Numbered from the stretch's first letter, positions 8,393 to 19,825 are shown. The stretch is 64,000 nt of DNA from Gammaproteobacteria bacterium (GCA_026981985.1 JALSHZ010000121.1:17168-81167), one strand, 5' to 3'. Program-made: numbers and translations. Notes: a model not told the origin generated them from the letters alone.

Positions 8393-9419
8393 GAATGCAA
8401 GTGGCGCCAATTTCTGCGAGTGGCAGTGATTTTCCGTTGTCATTGGCACATTGAAGTCTGTACTGTTCTTTGGCCTGCTGCAGAATTCCCGCTAATACTG
8501 CCTGAGGGTTTTCAACCGATTTGTTGGGTGGTGTCAGAATAAAGGTGTTGTAGTGTATGGGTAGAATATTGTCGCAGCGTATTGCCCCCGCAATGTTCGC
8601 CGCCTCTGCGGGGCTGATGTGGTTCTGGCGGTAGTAGCTGTCGCCGATCGGGATGATGCAAAGGTCGTTGCGCTGACCATCGAGTTTTTTCGACCAGTCG
8701 ATAGCCAGGGGTTTTTTTAGCAAAAAGCCCTGCGCATTGCGATGGCGCTGGAATGAGGTGTCGCCCAGAAATACGACCCGGACGCCATTCTTTTCGATCA
8801 GGTAGCCGTTGAATCCGGAAGGCGCCTTTCTTTTTCCAAGCGGGAAAAATCCGTAGTGCTCGACGCGGAATGCGGTAATCTCGACGCCATCGGGTTGTTT
8901 CAAGTAACGCTGTTCCCCCGTTTGCCAGCCCAGTTCAATCACGCTTGAGGTCACGTTGTCCAGCAGTCGGGTGGTATTGGTTGGTGCAACCACCAGCAGG
9001 TTGTTGCTGGCGAGGAATTTCAGGGAAGGCAGGTCGAGATGATCATAGTGGGCATGGGATATCAGCACAGTGTCGATGGCGGGGAGCCGATCTGGTGCCA
9101 GAGGGAGCTTGGTAATGCGACGAATACCGAAGGCGTTGTCGAAGGCTTCGGGCGGGCCGATGCGCTCGAACAATACCGGGTCGGTGATGATCCAGCTGCC
9201 CTGCAGATTGATCAGCACTGTGGCATGTCCGAGCCAGCTCCAGGTCACTTCATCGTTGCGCCATGTCTGCGGTCGTGGGGTGTGGTTGGGTGTTAGCTGT
9301 GGCTGGTGGCGAAGCTTGTTGTCGCGGATCATCTCGACCGCATAGCGTGAGCACCCCGTAGTGAACAGCAATAGCGCCAGTGCGATGATCCACAGCCGGT
9401 TGTGTGCGGCGTTTGGCAT
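8358..9419 (-). CDS. MBL-fold metallo-hydrolase lipoprotein (NAPE-PLD-like Zn-dependent hydrolase)
   Basis: The HAHYDH motif and a lipobox (LLLFTTGC) after MPNAAHNRLWIIALA. A longer ORF runs up to 9560. Confidence 0.8.
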   Translation of the reverse strand: MPNAAHNRLWIIALALLLFTTGCSRYAVEMIRDNKLRHQPQLTPNHTPRPQTWRNDEVTWSWLGHATVLINLQGSWIITDPVLFERIGPPEAFDNAFGIRRITKLPLAPDRLPAIDTVLISHAHYDHLDLPSLKFLASNNLLVVAPTNTTRLLDNVTSSVIELGWQTGEQRYLKQPDGVEITAFRVEHYGFFPLGKRKAPSGFNGYLIEKNGVRVVFLGDTSFQRHRNAQGFLLKKPLAIDWSKKLDGQRNDLCIIPIGDSYYRQNHISPAEAANIAGAIRCDNILPIHYNTFILTPPNKSVENPQAVLAGILQQAKEQYRLQCANDNGKSLPLAEIGATCILRRSRQSHSQQ

Positions 9420-9507
9420 TTTTGAACGCCAGGGAATCACCTTGTGATGCACGGATTCGACAGCCTGGTCTGGCGTGATAAAGTCAGTCGCTGTCCCTTC
9501 AGTTGTC

Positions 9508-11553
9508 ATGAATGCCATGGATAATCCCTTGCTCGAACAGACCGGTCTGCCGGCCTTCACTCATATCACTGCTGATGTCATCGAACCGGCAATCGACACG
9601 ATATTGCAGGAAAACCGCGAACAGCTGGAAGTGTTGCTCGATCAGCCGGGGCCGTTTACCTGGCCGAACATCATCCAGCCGCTGGATGAGCTGGACGATC
9701 GGCTGTCGCGGGCCTGGTCGCCGGTGAGCCATATGAATTCGGTGGTCAACTCTGATGAACTGCGCCAGGCCTACAACGCCTGCCTGCCGAAACTTTCGCA
9801 CTATCAAAGCGATATTGCCCAGAATCGCAAGCTGTACGAGGCCATCAAGTCGTTGGCCGATAGTGCAGAGTTCGCGCAACTCGACGCGGCGCAGCAGACG
9901 GCGATCCAGCATGCGCTGCGAGACTTCCATCTGGGCGGCGTGGATCTGCCGGAACAGGATAAGCAGCGGTTCAAGGAGATATCCCAGCGCTTGTCCGAGT
10001 TGCAGGCGAAGTTCAGCGAGAACGTGCTCGATGCAACCAATGCCTGGCAAAAGCATGTCACGGACGAGTCGTTGCTTGCGGGCATGACAGAATCCGGCCT
10101 CGCTATGGCGCGCCAGGCGGCTGAAGCAAAGGGTCTGGACGGCTGGCTGCTGACGCTCGACTTCCCGTCCTGGTTTTCGGTCGTTACCTATGCTGATGAT
10201 CGGGAGCTGCGTGAGGAACTCTACCGCGCCTATGTCATTCGCGCGTCGGACCAATGGGACAACCCCGAGCTCGACAATAGTGCGATCATGGAAGAAATTC
10301 TGGCCTTGCGTCATGAGCAGGCCCGCATGCTCGGCTTCGCCAATTTTGCCGAGCGTTCACTGGCGAAGAAAATGGCCGACTCGCCGGCGGAGGTCATGCA
10401 TTTTCTCGAAGATCTGGCGGCGAAAGCCAGGCCAGCGGCCGAGGCCGAAATGACCGATCTGAAACGTTTCGCACTGGGTGTATTGGGGATGAGTGACGTG
10501 CAGGCCTGGGACATCCCCTATATCAGCGAAAAAATGCGCGGCGCCTACTACAGCCTGTCGCAGGAAGACTTGAAGCCCTGGTTCCCCGTCAGTCGGGTCG
10601 TGCCAGGATTGTTTTCACTGGTCGAGCGGCTGTTCGGCGTGTCGATCCGGGAGAAGGCGGGGGTCGATGTATGGCATCCCGATGTGCGCTTCTACGAAGT
10701 GTTCGATGCCGCTGGTGAGTTGCGGGCACAGTTCTATTTCGATCTGTATGCACGGGCGCAGAAGCGCGGTGGTGCATGGATGGATGTCTGCATGACGCGC
10801 ATGCGCCGCGATGATGGCATTCAGATTCCGGTCGCTTACATGACCTGCAATTCAACGCCGCCGCTTGGTGACGAACCGGCGCTGTTCACCCACAATGAGG
10901 TCATCACCCTGTTCCATGAATTTGGTCATGGCCTGCATCATATGCTGACGCGCATCGACTACCCCGCCGTCTCCGGCATCGCCGGCGTTGAATGGGATGC
11001 GGTCGAGTTACCAAGCCAGTTCATGGAGAATTTCTGCTGGGAGCGTGAAGCGCTGGATCTGTTTGCCTTGCATCACGAGACCGGAGAGCCGATTCCCGAG
11101 GAGCTCTACCAGCGTCTGATCAAGAGCCGAAATTTTCAGGCGGCGATGCAGCTGGTGCGACAGCTTGAATTCGCCATTTTCGATATGCGCCTGCACATCG
11201 AATACGACCCCGAGCAAGGTGCAAGAATCCAGCAGATTCTCGATGACGTTCGCGCCGCCGTGGCCGTAGTTGAACCACCGCACTACAACCGCTTTCAGCA
11301 CAGTTTCAGCCATGTGTTCGCGGGCGGTTATGCCGCTGGCTACTACAGCTATAAATGGGCCGAAGTGCTGTCCGCCGATGCCTTTGCGCGTTTCGAAGAG
11401 GAGGGCTTGTTCAACCCCGAGGTTGGGCGAGCCTTTCGTGAGAATATTCTGGAAATGGGTGGTGCCCGCCCGGCACGGGAGTCCTTCATCGCGTTCCGTG
11501 GGCGTGAACCGAGCATCGACGCGCTGCTGCGGCATACGGGGTTGGCGGCATGA
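9508..11553 (+). CDS. prlC: Oligopeptidase A (M3 family Zn metallopeptidase)
   Basis: The HEFGHGLHH zinc motif and an N-terminus MDNPLL that resembles E. coli PrlC MTNPLL. Confidence 0.9.
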   Translation: MNAMDNPLLEQTGLPAFTHITADVIEPAIDTILQENREQLEVLLDQPGPFTWPNIIQPLDELDDRLSRAWSPVSHMNSVVNSDELRQAYNACLPKLSHYQSDIAQNRKLYEAIKSLADSAEFAQLDAAQQTAIQHALRDFHLGGVDLPEQDKQRFKEISQRLSELQAKFSENVLDATNAWQKHVTDESLLAGMTESGLAMARQAAEAKGLDGWLLTLDFPSWFSVVTYADDRELREELYRAYVIRASDQWDNPELDNSAIMEEILALRHEQARMLGFANFAERSLAKKMADSPAEVMHFLEDLAAKARPAAEAEMTDLKRFALGVLGMSDVQAWDIPYISEKMRGAYYSLSQEDLKPWFPVSRVVPGLFSLVERLFGVSIREKAGVDVWHPDVRFYEVFDAAGELRAQFYFDLYARAQKRGGAWMDVCMTRMRRDDGIQIPVAYMTCNSTPPLGDEPALFTHNEVITLFHEFGHGLHHMLTRIDYPAVSGIAGVEWDAVELPSQFMENFCWEREALDLFALHHETGEPIPEELYQRLIKSRNFQAAMQLVRQLEFAIFDMRLHIEYDPEQGARIQQILDDVRAAVAVVEPPHYNRFQHSFSHVFAGGYAAGYYSYKWAEVLSADAFARFEEEGLFNPEVGRAFRENILEMGGARPARESFIAFRGREPSIDALLRHTGLAA

Positions 11554-12344
11554 AGATCGCAAGCTGGAATGTCAATTCTCTGAAAGTCCGCCTGCCCCAG
11601 GTCCTTGACTGGCTGCAGATGCGCGAGCCCGATATCGTCGGGCTACAAGAGACCAAAACGCCGGATGAGAATTTCCCGCGCGAGGCGCTGGAGCAGGCGG
11701 GTTACCACGTCGTCTACTCCGGTCAGAAGACCTATAACGGTGTCGCGCTGCTGAGCCGGGAGCCATTGAGCGATATCGTGACCGACGTACCCGGGCTGGA
11801 TGATCCGCAGCGGCGTATCCTCGCGGCAACCGTTGGTGATCTGCGGATTCTCAATCTGTATGTGGTCAACGGGCAGGTCGTTGGCAGCGACAAATACGAC
11901 TACAAGCTGCGCTGGCTGGAAAAGGTGCGGGAGTTCATTGCCGCTGACTTACGCGATCATGAGAACTACATCGTATTGGGCGACTTCAATATCGCACCAG
12001 ATGATCGCGATGTGCATGATCCGGCATTGTGGCACGACCGGGTACTCGTTTCTGAACCTGAGCGTGCTGCATTACGGGACATACTCGCGCTTGGCTTCGA
12101 GGATACTTTCCGTCTGCATGACCAGCCTGAGCAGGTGTTCTCCTGGTGGGATTACCGCCAGGCCGCATTCCGGCGCAACCGGGGTTTGCGCATCGATCTG
12201 ATCCTTGCCAGCGAGCCGCTGGCGCGACGCTGTGTGTCCAGCATTGTCGATAGGGAACCGCGTACCTGGGAACGGCCCTCGGATCACGCGCCGGTGATCG
12301 CCGAGTTTGATGTCATGCCGACAAATTCCCTGCGCCCGGTATAA
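11550..12344 (+). CDS. xthA: Exodeoxyribonuclease III
   Basis: MKIASWNVNSLKVRLPQVLDWL...GLQETK, an EEP-family nuclease. Confidence 0.92.
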   Translation: MKIASWNVNSLKVRLPQVLDWLQMREPDIVGLQETKTPDENFPREALEQAGYHVVYSGQKTYNGVALLSREPLSDIVTDVPGLDDPQRRILAATVGDLRILNLYVVNGQVVGSDKYDYKLRWLEKVREFIAADLRDHENYIVLGDFNIAPDDRDVHDPALWHDRVLVSEPERAALRDILALGFEDTFRLHDQPEQVFSWWDYRQAAFRRNRGLRIDLILASEPLARRCVSSIVDREPRTWERPSDHAPVIAEFDVMPTNSLRPV

Positions 12345-12380
12345 TGCCAGCGCATCTTTCGCCTGCTGCTGTCCGTAACA

Positions 12381-12707
12381 ATGACCGACAAAACGATCGT
12401 ATTGACGACATGGCCTGATCTGGCTGGTGCTGAAGCGTTTGCAAGGCTGCTGGTCGAAAAGCGTCTCGCAGCCTGTATCAACGTCTTGCCGGAGATGGGT
12501 TCCATCTACCAATGGCAAGGCAAGCTTGAGCAGGGTGCAGAGCATCAGTTGATCATCAAGACCACGGTGTCACGCTATGCCGATGTCGAGGCGATGATTG
12601 TCGCGCATCACCCTTATGCGTTACCCGAAATACTATGTATCCCCGTCACTGCTGGGTTTCCCGGCTACCTGAGCTGGATTGAAGAGGCAACCCATGCTGA
12701 AAAATAG
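12381..12707 (+). CDS. cutA: Divalent-cation tolerance protein CutA
   Basis: A 108 aa CutA1 fold lying immediately upstream of dsbD, as in E. coli cutA-dipZ. Confidence 0.88.
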   Translation: MTDKTIVLTTWPDLAGAEAFARLLVEKRLAACINVLPEMGSIYQWQGKLEQGAEHQLIIKTTVSRYADVEAMIVAHHPYALPEILCIPVTAGFPGYLSWIEEATHAEK

Positions 12708-15054
12708 ATTGTCACACCTGTTGCTTGCCCTGCTGTTGTTCCCCACCGTATTGCTGGCGGTGAGTGAAGACGAGTTGCTTCACGCCGAAGAAGCATTCCG
12801 GTTCAATGCGGAGGAAAAGGCGCCAGGGATTATCGAGCTGAACTGGGAGGTTGCCGATGGTTACTACCTGTATCGCGATAAGTTCAAGTTCAAGGCTGAA
12901 AAAGGGCTACAGCTGTCTGACAAGCCAGTACTGCCAAAAGGCAAGGTGAAGAAAGACCCCAATTTCGGCGATGTCGAAATCCTGCGCGGCAAGATCAGCC
13001 TCGCCGTGCCCTATCGGTTCGAGCCGGGTGCCAAAGGGCCAGCGACGCTGACGGTAGGTTATCAGGGCTGCGCCGATCTGGGGGTGTGCTACCCACCGGA
13101 GAAAAAGACCATCGTCGTCGACAAGGCTGAAGTGTCGGCAGCGGCGGAGCCGGCACAGCGCGGGTCCGTGGCCGAGGCGCTGGCGGCGGCTGCCAAGCCC
13201 AGCCCTTTCGAACGCCTGAGTCGGCTGACCGGGGGCTTGGGTGGTGACGAAGCGCAGGAGCTTTTGCCGAATGACGAGGCCTTCGCGTTCTCTGCCGAGC
13301 TGGCTTCGCCCAATATCCTCATAGCACACTGGAACATCGCGCCGGGATACCACCTCTACAAAGACAAGATCAAGGCAGCGCTGGAATCCGCTACCGGTTT
13401 GAAGCTGGGTCCTGGTGACTTCCCGCAAGGGGAGATGGAGGACGACCTCGAAGGTGGTCTCACCGAAGTCTATCGTGGTCCGCTGACCATCGAGTTTCCG
13501 GTACTGGGCCTGCAGGCGACCCCACCCGAGAAGCTGCGGCTGAAAATCCGCTACCAGGGCTGTGCCGATCAGGGGGTCTGCTATCCGCCGGTGAAAAAAA
13601 CGCTCGACTTCGATGGCGTTCAGCTAGGCTTGCTCAGTGGTGCGATTGCAGGTGCAGACACGGACAGCGTTGCGGCTGCGGCTACACCATCTCCTGAGCC
13701 TGACAGTGTCGCCACGGGCATGGTGTCAGAGCAGGATGCGATTGCCGAGCAACTGGCCTCCGGCAATATGATATTGACGCTGATCGCCTTTTTCGGCTTT
13801 GGCCTGTTGCTCTCACTGACGCCCTGCGTCTTTCCGATGATTCCGATCCTGTCGGGGATAATCGTTGGTCAGGGCGAGACCATTACCACACGCCGCTCGT
13901 TTATGCTGTCGCTGGCCTATGTACTGGCCATGGCGGCGGTCTACGCCGTCGTTGGTGTCATCGCTGCGGTGACCGGCGCAAACTTGCAAACGGCGTTTCA
14001 GAATCCCTGGGTATTGATTACCTTTGCCGGCCTCTTTGTTGCATTGGCCCTGTCGCTTTTCGGCTTTTATGAGCTGCAGATGCCCGCGGCAATTCAGAGT
14101 CGGCTGACCGATGTCAGCAACAAGCAGCGTGGTGGCTCGCTCACCGGTGCTGCCATCATGGGTGTGCTGTCGGCGCTGATCGTCGGCCCCTGTGTTACCG
14201 CGCCATTGATGGGCGCGCTTGTCTACATCAGCCAGACCGGCGATGGTGTGCTCGGTGGCGCGGCGCTGTTCTTCATGGGGCTGGGCATGGGTGTGCCATT
14301 GCTGCTGCTAGGATTGTCGGCAGGCAGTCTGCTGCCCAAAGCCGGCGTCTGGATGGATGCGGTCAAGGCAGTGTTCGGCGTGATGATGCTGGGCGTTGCA
14401 ATCTGGTTTCTGGAGCGAGTGCTGCCGTCGGCAGTAACCATGTTCCTGTGGGCTGCGTTGCTGATTCTCTCTGGCGTCTATATGGGCGCTTTCCATGGCC
14501 ATGGCAAGGTGGGTCACAAACTGCTGCCGCTGTGGAAGGGCATGGGGCTGATGCTGGTGGCATGGGGCATGTTGATTCTGATCGGTATGGCAGCCGGGAA
14601 TAGCAATCCATTGCAACCGCTGCGTGGACTGGCGCTTGGTGGTATGTCGCAGGGTGTAATGGCGGCTGGCGTGGAAACCCGGCGTGGGCTGGATTTCCAG
14701 CCCATCAAGGGGGTCGATGGGCTTGATGCTGCGCTGGCGAAAGCTGCGGCGCAAAACAAGATGGTCATGCTCGATTTTTCTGCTGAGTGGTGCATCACCT
14801 GCAAGGAGCTGGAAGAGTTCACGTTTACCGATCCTGCGGTGCATCAGGCGCTGGATGACGTCTTGTTGTTTCGCGCGGATGTCACCGCCAACGATGCCGA
14901 GGACAAGGCCTTGCTGAAACGGTTTGGCATTATCGGCCCGCCGGCAATCCTGTTCTTTACACCAGACGGCAAGGAACTCAAGGGACATCGCGTCGTGGGC
15001 TTTATGAATGCCGGTGACTTCCGTGCCCACATTCTGAATGCGAAACAGCAATGA
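12694..15054 (+). CDS. dsbD: Thiol:disulfide interchange protein DsbD
   Basis: A signal peptide, a DsbD alpha domain, a transmembrane core with the CVFPMIP motif, and a C-terminal thioredoxin domain containing WCITC. Confidence 0.92.
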   Translation: MLKNRLSHLLLALLLFPTVLLAVSEDELLHAEEAFRFNAEEKAPGIIELNWEVADGYYLYRDKFKFKAEKGLQLSDKPVLPKGKVKKDPNFGDVEILRGKISLAVPYRFEPGAKGPATLTVGYQGCADLGVCYPPEKKTIVVDKAEVSAAAEPAQRGSVAEALAAAAKPSPFERLSRLTGGLGGDEAQELLPNDEAFAFSAELASPNILIAHWNIAPGYHLYKDKIKAALESATGLKLGPGDFPQGEMEDDLEGGLTEVYRGPLTIEFPVLGLQATPPEKLRLKIRYQGCADQGVCYPPVKKTLDFDGVQLGLLSGAIAGADTDSVAAAATPSPEPDSVATGMVSEQDAIAEQLASGNMILTLIAFFGFGLLLSLTPCVFPMIPILSGIIVGQGETITTRRSFMLSLAYVLAMAAVYAVVGVIAAVTGANLQTAFQNPWVLITFAGLFVALALSLFGFYELQMPAAIQSRLTDVSNKQRGGSLTGAAIMGVLSALIVGPCVTAPLMGALVYISQTGDGVLGGAALFFMGLGMGVPLLLLGLSAGSLLPKAGVWMDAVKAVFGVMMLGVAIWFLERVLPSAVTMFLWAALLILSGVYMGAFHGHGKVGHKLLPLWKGMGLMLVAWGMLILIGMAAGNSNPLQPLRGLALGGMSQGVMAAGVETRRGLDFQPIKGVDGLDAALAKAAAQNKMVMLDFSAEWCITCKELEEFTFTDPAVHQALDDVLLFRADVTANDAEDKALLKRFGIIGPPAILFFTPDGKELKGHRVVGFMNAGDFRAHILNAKQQ

Positions 15055-15572
15055 GTATGCGCCTGGCCGGATTCCTCTTTGCCCTGGCCTTGCTAGTCGG
15101 CACTGGGGTCTATCTGCTCGCCAAGGGCTCGGCGGAAGCCCCGGGCGACAATCGGCTGCGGCCAGCCTTTACGCTGCCTGATCTGGAGGGGCATGACCAT
15201 GACATCAGCGAATGGGATGGCAAAATCCTGCTGGTCAACTTCTGGGCAACCTGGTGCCCGCCCTGCCGCCATGAAATCCCGGATTTCATCGAAGTGCGCA
15301 GCAAGTATGCCGATCGGGGCTTTGAGATCGTTGGTGTCGCCATCGATGATGCCGACAGTGTTCGCGACTATGTGGATGTATTGGAAATCGACTACCCGAT
15401 TCTGTGGGGTGGGGCGAATGCTTCTGCAATAGCGCGTCAGTATGGCAATCGAAGCAATGCACTGCCGTACAGCGCCCTGATCGATCGCCAGGGCCGCATC
15501 CGCTTCTCCGGTGCGGGTAGACTGCCGCGCGATTCGCTGGAGAAGGCGGTGCTGTCGCTACTCGACGAATAA
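15051..15572 (+). CDS. TlpA/ResA-family thiol-disulfide oxidoreductase
   Basis: An N-terminal anchor and the redoxin motif WCPPC. It overlaps the dsbD stop codon. Confidence 0.85.
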   Translation: MSMRLAGFLFALALLVGTGVYLLAKGSAEAPGDNRLRPAFTLPDLEGHDHDISEWDGKILLVNFWATWCPPCRHEIPDFIEVRSKYADRGFEIVGVAIDDADSVRDYVDVLEIDYPILWGGANASAIARQYGNRSNALPYSALIDRQGRIRFSGAGRLPRDSLEKAVLSLLDE

Positions 15573-15677
15573 TTCCCTGCGCCGATATTTTCTTGCTCGC
15601 AGTCACAATTTCCGGCAAAATCGCTACATTTCAAGAATGCTGCGATTTGGTGACAGATCGAAGCAAGATAAATACAA

Positions 15678-16124
15678 ATGCCTGATATTTTAGTGTTGAA
15701 CGGCCCCAACTTGAACCTGCTCGGCATGCGTGAGCCGGATCACTACGGGCGCAAGACACTGGACGATATCGTCGATGCGCTGATGGCGCAGGCTGAATCC
15801 AGAGGGTTATCCCTGGATGCTTTCCAGAGCAATGCGGAGCATGAGTTGATCGAGCGCGTTCATCGCGCCTTTGATGATGGCACCCGCTATATCATTCTCA
15901 ACCCGGCCGCATTCACCCACACCAGTATTGCGCTCAGAGATGCGCTACTGGGCGTGGATATTCCCTTTATCGAAGTACATCTCTCCAACATTTACCGGCG
16001 CGAGTCTTTCCGCCACCACTCCTACTTTTCCGATATTGCCGACGGCATGATTGCCGGGCTTGGCTCGCAGGGTTATCACCTTGCACTGGAAACGGTGGTC
16101 GAGCGGTTGAAGGAAACGCCGTAG
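15678..16124 (+). CDS. aroQ: Type II 3-dehydroquinate dehydratase
   Basis: [20 protein letters not shown]... Confidence 0.95.
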   Translation: MPDILVLNGPNLNLLGMREPDHYGRKTLDDIVDALMAQAESRGLSLDAFQSNAEHELIERVHRAFDDGTRYIILNPAAFTHTSIALRDALLGVDIPFIEVHLSNIYRRESFRHHSYFSDIADGMIAGLGSQGYHLALETVVERLKETP

Positions 16125-16145
16125 CCGACGAAGGCAGAATTGACT

Positions 16146-16628
16146 ATGGATATTCGCAAGATCAAGAAACTGATTGAGTTGATAGAGGATTCGGGTGTTT
16201 CCGAGATCGAAATCAAGGAAGGTGAGGAGTCGGTCAGAATCAGCCGCGGCCCTATCGGCGGTGATCCGGTAGCCGCCTATTCGATGCCACCCGCCTATAT
16301 GGCACCACCCCCTCCACCTGTGCCAGCAGCTGCCGCGCCCCCAGCCGTAGCGGGCGACACCGCCGAACCGGTTGCCGAGCCTGCCAACGTCAGTGGTCAT
16401 ACCATTACTTCACCGATGGTGGGTACCTTCTATCGTGCTTCGTCGCCAACGGCCAAGCCGTTCGTCGAAGTCGGCGATAGCGTGGCGGAAGGCGATACTC
16501 TGTGCATTATCGAAGCGATGAAAATGCTCAACCAGATCGAATCTGACAGCGCTGGTGTGGTGAAGGCGATTCTTGTGGAAAATGGCCAGCCCGTAGAGTT
16601 TGGCGAACCGCTTTTCGTGATCGAATGA
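16146..16628 (+). CDS. accB: Biotin carboxyl carrier protein of acetyl-CoA carboxylase
   Basis: [14 protein letters not shown], a Pro/Ala linker, and the biotinyl motif EAMKMLN. Confidence 0.95.
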   Translation: MDIRKIKKLIELIEDSGVSEIEIKEGEESVRISRGPIGGDPVAAYSMPPAYMAPPPPPVPAAAAPPAVAGDTAEPVAEPANVSGHTITSPMVGTFYRASSPTAKPFVEVGDSVAEGDTLCIIEAMKMLNQIESDSAGVVKAILVENGQPVEFGEPLFVIE

Positions 16629-16654
16629 ACCAGCGCGCTCAGTAGAGGCTCCCA

Positions 16655-17995
16655 ATGATCAACAAGATACTCATCGCCAACCGAGGCGAGATTGCGCTGA
16701 GGATTCTGCGCGCCTGCCGCGAGCTTGGCATCAGCACCGTGGCGGTACATTCCGAGGCCGATCGTGACTTGAAACATGTGCGACTCGCCGACGAGACGGT
16801 CTGCATCGGGCCACCGGCATCGACCGAGAGTTACCTCAATATCCCCGCGATCATCGCCGCCGCGGAGGTGACCGATTCCGTGGCCATCCATCCCGGTTAT
16901 GGCTTTCTGTCCGAGAATGCCGATTTTGCCGAACGGGTGGAATCCAGCGGTTTCATTTTCATTGGCCCCAAGGCCGATACCATTCGCCTGATGGGCGACA
17001 AGGTCTCGGCCAAGAACGCCATGATCAAGGCCGGGGTTCCCTGTGTTCCGGGTTCACCCGAGGCATTGGGTGATGATCCGCAAGAGAACATCCGCCTGGC
17101 GCGTGAGATCGGCTATCCGGTGATCATCAAAGCCTCGGGTGGTGGCGGCGGTCGCGGCATGCGCGTCGTCCATGCCGAAGGTGCATTGAACAATGCCATC
17201 ACATTGACGAAGGCAGAAGCCCTGGCAGCGTTCAATAATGGCGAAGTCTTCATGGAGAAGTACCTGGAGACGCCGCGGCATATCGAATTCCAGGTGTTGT
17301 CCGATGGTCAGGGTCACGCGATTCATCTTTGCGAGCGCGACTGCTCATTGCAGCGCCGTAATCAGAAGGTCATCGAAGAGGCGCCAGCGCCCGGCATTAC
17401 CGAAGAGGAACGGCAGCGTATTGGTGAGCGGGTGGCCCAGGCCTGTATCGATATCGGCTATCGTGGTGCCGGCACCTTCGAATTCCTCTATGAGAATGGC
17501 GAGTTCTATTTTATCGAAATGAACACACGCCTGCAGGTCGAGCATCCGGTGACCGAGCTGGTCACCGGAGTCGATCTGGTCAAGCTGCAGATCAGCGTCG
17601 CTGCGGGGAATCCACTGACGCTCCGGCAGGAAGATATCGAGATCCGCGGCCACGCCATGGAGTGCCGCCTGAATGCGGAAGACCCGGCGACCTTCATGCC
17701 ATCGCCCGGTCTCATCAGCCAGTACCATGCACCGGGCGGCCCCGGAGTACGGGTCGATACGCATATCTACAATGGCTATCGCGTGCCGCCTTACTATGAT
17801 TCTATGATCGGCAAGCTGATCACCCATGGCGAGGACCGGGAAACGGCGATGGCGCGGATGTGTGGTGCCCTGCAGGAGATCGTTATCGAAGGCATCAACA
17901 CCAACATTCCGCTGCATCAGGATTTGCTCAAGGACGAAGCGTTTCGTCGTGGCGGCGTCGAGATCCACTATCTTGAGAAAAAGCTGGGGCTTTGA
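16655..17995 (+). CDS. accC: Biotin carboxylase
   Basis: ATP-grasp biotin carboxylase with full-length homology. Confidence 0.97.
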   Translation: MINKILIANRGEIALRILRACRELGISTVAVHSEADRDLKHVRLADETVCIGPPASTESYLNIPAIIAAAEVTDSVAIHPGYGFLSENADFAERVESSGFIFIGPKADTIRLMGDKVSAKNAMIKAGVPCVPGSPEALGDDPQENIRLAREIGYPVIIKASGGGGGRGMRVVHAEGALNNAITLTKAEALAAFNNGEVFMEKYLETPRHIEFQVLSDGQGHAIHLCERDCSLQRRNQKVIEEAPAPGITEEERQRIGERVAQACIDIGYRGAGTFEFLYENGEFYFIEMNTRLQVEHPVTELVTGVDLVKLQISVAAGNPLTLRQEDIEIRGHAMECRLNAEDPATFMPSPGLISQYHAPGGPGVRVDTHIYNGYRVPPYYDSMIGKLITHGEDRETAMARMCGALQEIVIEGINTNIPLHQDLLKDEAFRRGGVEIHYLEKKLGL

Positions 17996-18010
17996 TGCCC
18001 CGATGTCGCC

Positions 18011-18889
18011 ATGTCCTGGCTGCAACTGCGTTTTCAGATTCCGGGCGACAGACTCGAACAGGTGGAGTCCTGGCTGGAGGATCTGGGCGCATTGTCGGTG
18101 ACGCTGCGCGATGCGGAAGACGAGCCGCTGTTCGAGCCGCCACCTGGTGCGTTGCCGGTGTGGCGCCATATCAAGGTGGAAGCCCTTTTTCCTGCCGAGG
18201 CTGACCCGGCAGCGATCCGTCGTGAACTTGCGCAGCGGTTGGGACATGAGCCGCTGGCGTGGTCCAGCGAAGCCTTGCAGGATCAGGCCTGGGAGCGAAC
18301 CTGGATGGATCAGTTCGAACCAATGCGCTTCGGCGAGCGTCTGTGGATCGTCCCGTCGTGGCATGAACCACCCGAACCCGATGCGGTGAACCTGCTGCTC
18401 GATCCCGGCCTTGCCTTTGGTACCGGCACGCATCCCACGACCGCACTTTGTCTCGACTGGCTGGATCGTCATCCACCGGTTGCTGCCGAAGTGCTGGATT
18501 TCGGTTGCGGCTCAGGCGTGCTGGCGCTGGCCGCACTGAAACTGGGTGCCAGGCAGTTGGTGGCTGTCGATATTGATGAGCAGGCGCTGGTGGCCAGTCG
18601 CGATAATGTGGCACGCAATGGTATCGACACGGACCGCTTGTCGCTGTATCTGCCGGATGATTTTCCGGCCGATGGTCAGTACGACCTCGTGATGGCCAAT
18701 ATCCTGGCGGCACCCTTGATCGACCTGGCCGACAAACTCGTTTCGCATATCCGGCCCGGTGGTGAGATAATCCTTTCCGGCATTTTGCAGGAGCAGGCTG
18801 ACAGCGTGATGGCAGCCTATGCACCTGCGGTTCATTTCGCCGACGTCCGGCAGCGCGAAGATTGGGTCTTTCTTCACGGCAAGCGCTGA
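18011..18889 (+). CDS. prmA: Ribosomal protein L11 methyltransferase
   Basis: RFGERLWIVPSWHEPP...LLDPGLAFGTGTHPTT...DFGCGSGVLA. Confidence 0.95.
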   Translation: MSWLQLRFQIPGDRLEQVESWLEDLGALSVTLRDAEDEPLFEPPPGALPVWRHIKVEALFPAEADPAAIRRELAQRLGHEPLAWSSEALQDQAWERTWMDQFEPMRFGERLWIVPSWHEPPEPDAVNLLLDPGLAFGTGTHPTTALCLDWLDRHPPVAAEVLDFGCGSGVLALAALKLGARQLVAVDIDEQALVASRDNVARNGIDTDRLSLYLPDDFPADGQYDLVMANILAAPLIDLADKLVSHIRPGGEIILSGILQEQADSVMAAYAPAVHFADVRQREDWVFLHGKR

Positions 18890-18955
18890 GCGGAGCATGT
18901 TGTGATGGCCCTGCTATTACTCCGATAACAACAATCCAAAACCCCTGTTGATCTT

Positions 18956-19825
18956 ATGTACGCTGAGTGTCCACATTGTCATGCCATTTTTCGTGTTACC
19001 GAGGAAATTCTAGCTCGGGCGGCTGGCAAGGTGCGCTGCGGTGAATGTGGTGTCGTTTTCGAAGTGGCAGATTTTCATGCTGTCAACGACGCCGAGCCGA
19101 CCACTGATGAGATACTCGTTCCCACCAGCACACCCGCGCCAGAGGACGACGCCATCGAAGTGGTGCCGTCTGACGTCGACCGACCAGTGATCGAACCGGC
19201 GGATTCGGGTCTGCCGCTGGAGAATGGTCTGCCCAGCAGTTTTGATGATGCACCCGCTGCGCCACTGATCAAAGATGAGCCGGCTGAAGAAGATTTCGAG
19301 CTGATTATCGAGGAGCGCGAGCCGGTGCAGGATGATGGCGACCGCCGTAGCCCACTGCATCAGTGGGTCTGGGGCCTGCTCGCTGTCTGTCTGGTGCTGC
19401 TGTTACTGGCACAGATTCTTGTAGCCAAACGCAATGCAGTGTTGCAAGCCGTCCCTGCGATGCGTCCAGTCGTCACGGGGCTTTGCCAGGTTGCAGGCTG
19501 TAGCGTCGATCCGCGTCGCGACTTGAACCAGATCGAACTGGCCAGCCATTCCGTTTTCTCGCATCCGGACAGCGACGACGCACTGATGATCCGCGCCAGC
19601 ATCGTCAATCAGGCTGCTTTCGCCCAACCCTACCCCGTTATCGACCTCACATTGACCGATATCCAGGGGCGTGCGGTGGCATCGCGGCGATTCGAGCCGA
19701 GCGAATACCTCGATGATCCCGAGTCATTGCCCCCGATGATGGAGCCCGGACAGCCAGTGCCGCTACTCATCGAAGTACTGGATCCGGGAAAGAATGCGCT
19801 CGCCTTCGAATTTGAATTCCTCTGA
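18956..19825 (+). CDS. Zinc-ribbon (MJ0042-type) DUF3426-family membrane protein
   Basis: An N-terminal CPHC..CGEC zinc ribbon, an acidic linker, one transmembrane helix and a DUF3426-like C-terminal domain. It sits in the usual place after prmA. Confidence 0.8.
   Translation: MYAECPHCHAIFRVTEEILARAAGKVRCGECGVVFEVADFHAVNDAEPTTDEILVPTSTPAPEDDAIEVVPSDVDRPVIEPADSGLPLENGLPSSFDDAPAAPLIKDEPAEEDFELIIEEREPVQDDGDRRSPLHQWVWGLLAVCLVLLLLAQILVAKRNAVLQAVPAMRPVVTGLCQVAGCSVDPRRDLNQIELASHSVFSHPDSDDALMIRASIVNQAAFAQPYPVIDLTLTDIQGRAVASRRFEPSEYLDDPESLPPMMEPGQPVPLLIEVLDPGKNALAFEFEFL

Noticed and set aside
9499-10314. Antisense ORFs within prlC, accC (17345-18472), the MFS gene (23940-24713) and the ABC and MCP genes
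   Set aside because: All overlap confidently called genes on the opposite strand and lack homologs and ribosome-binding sites.
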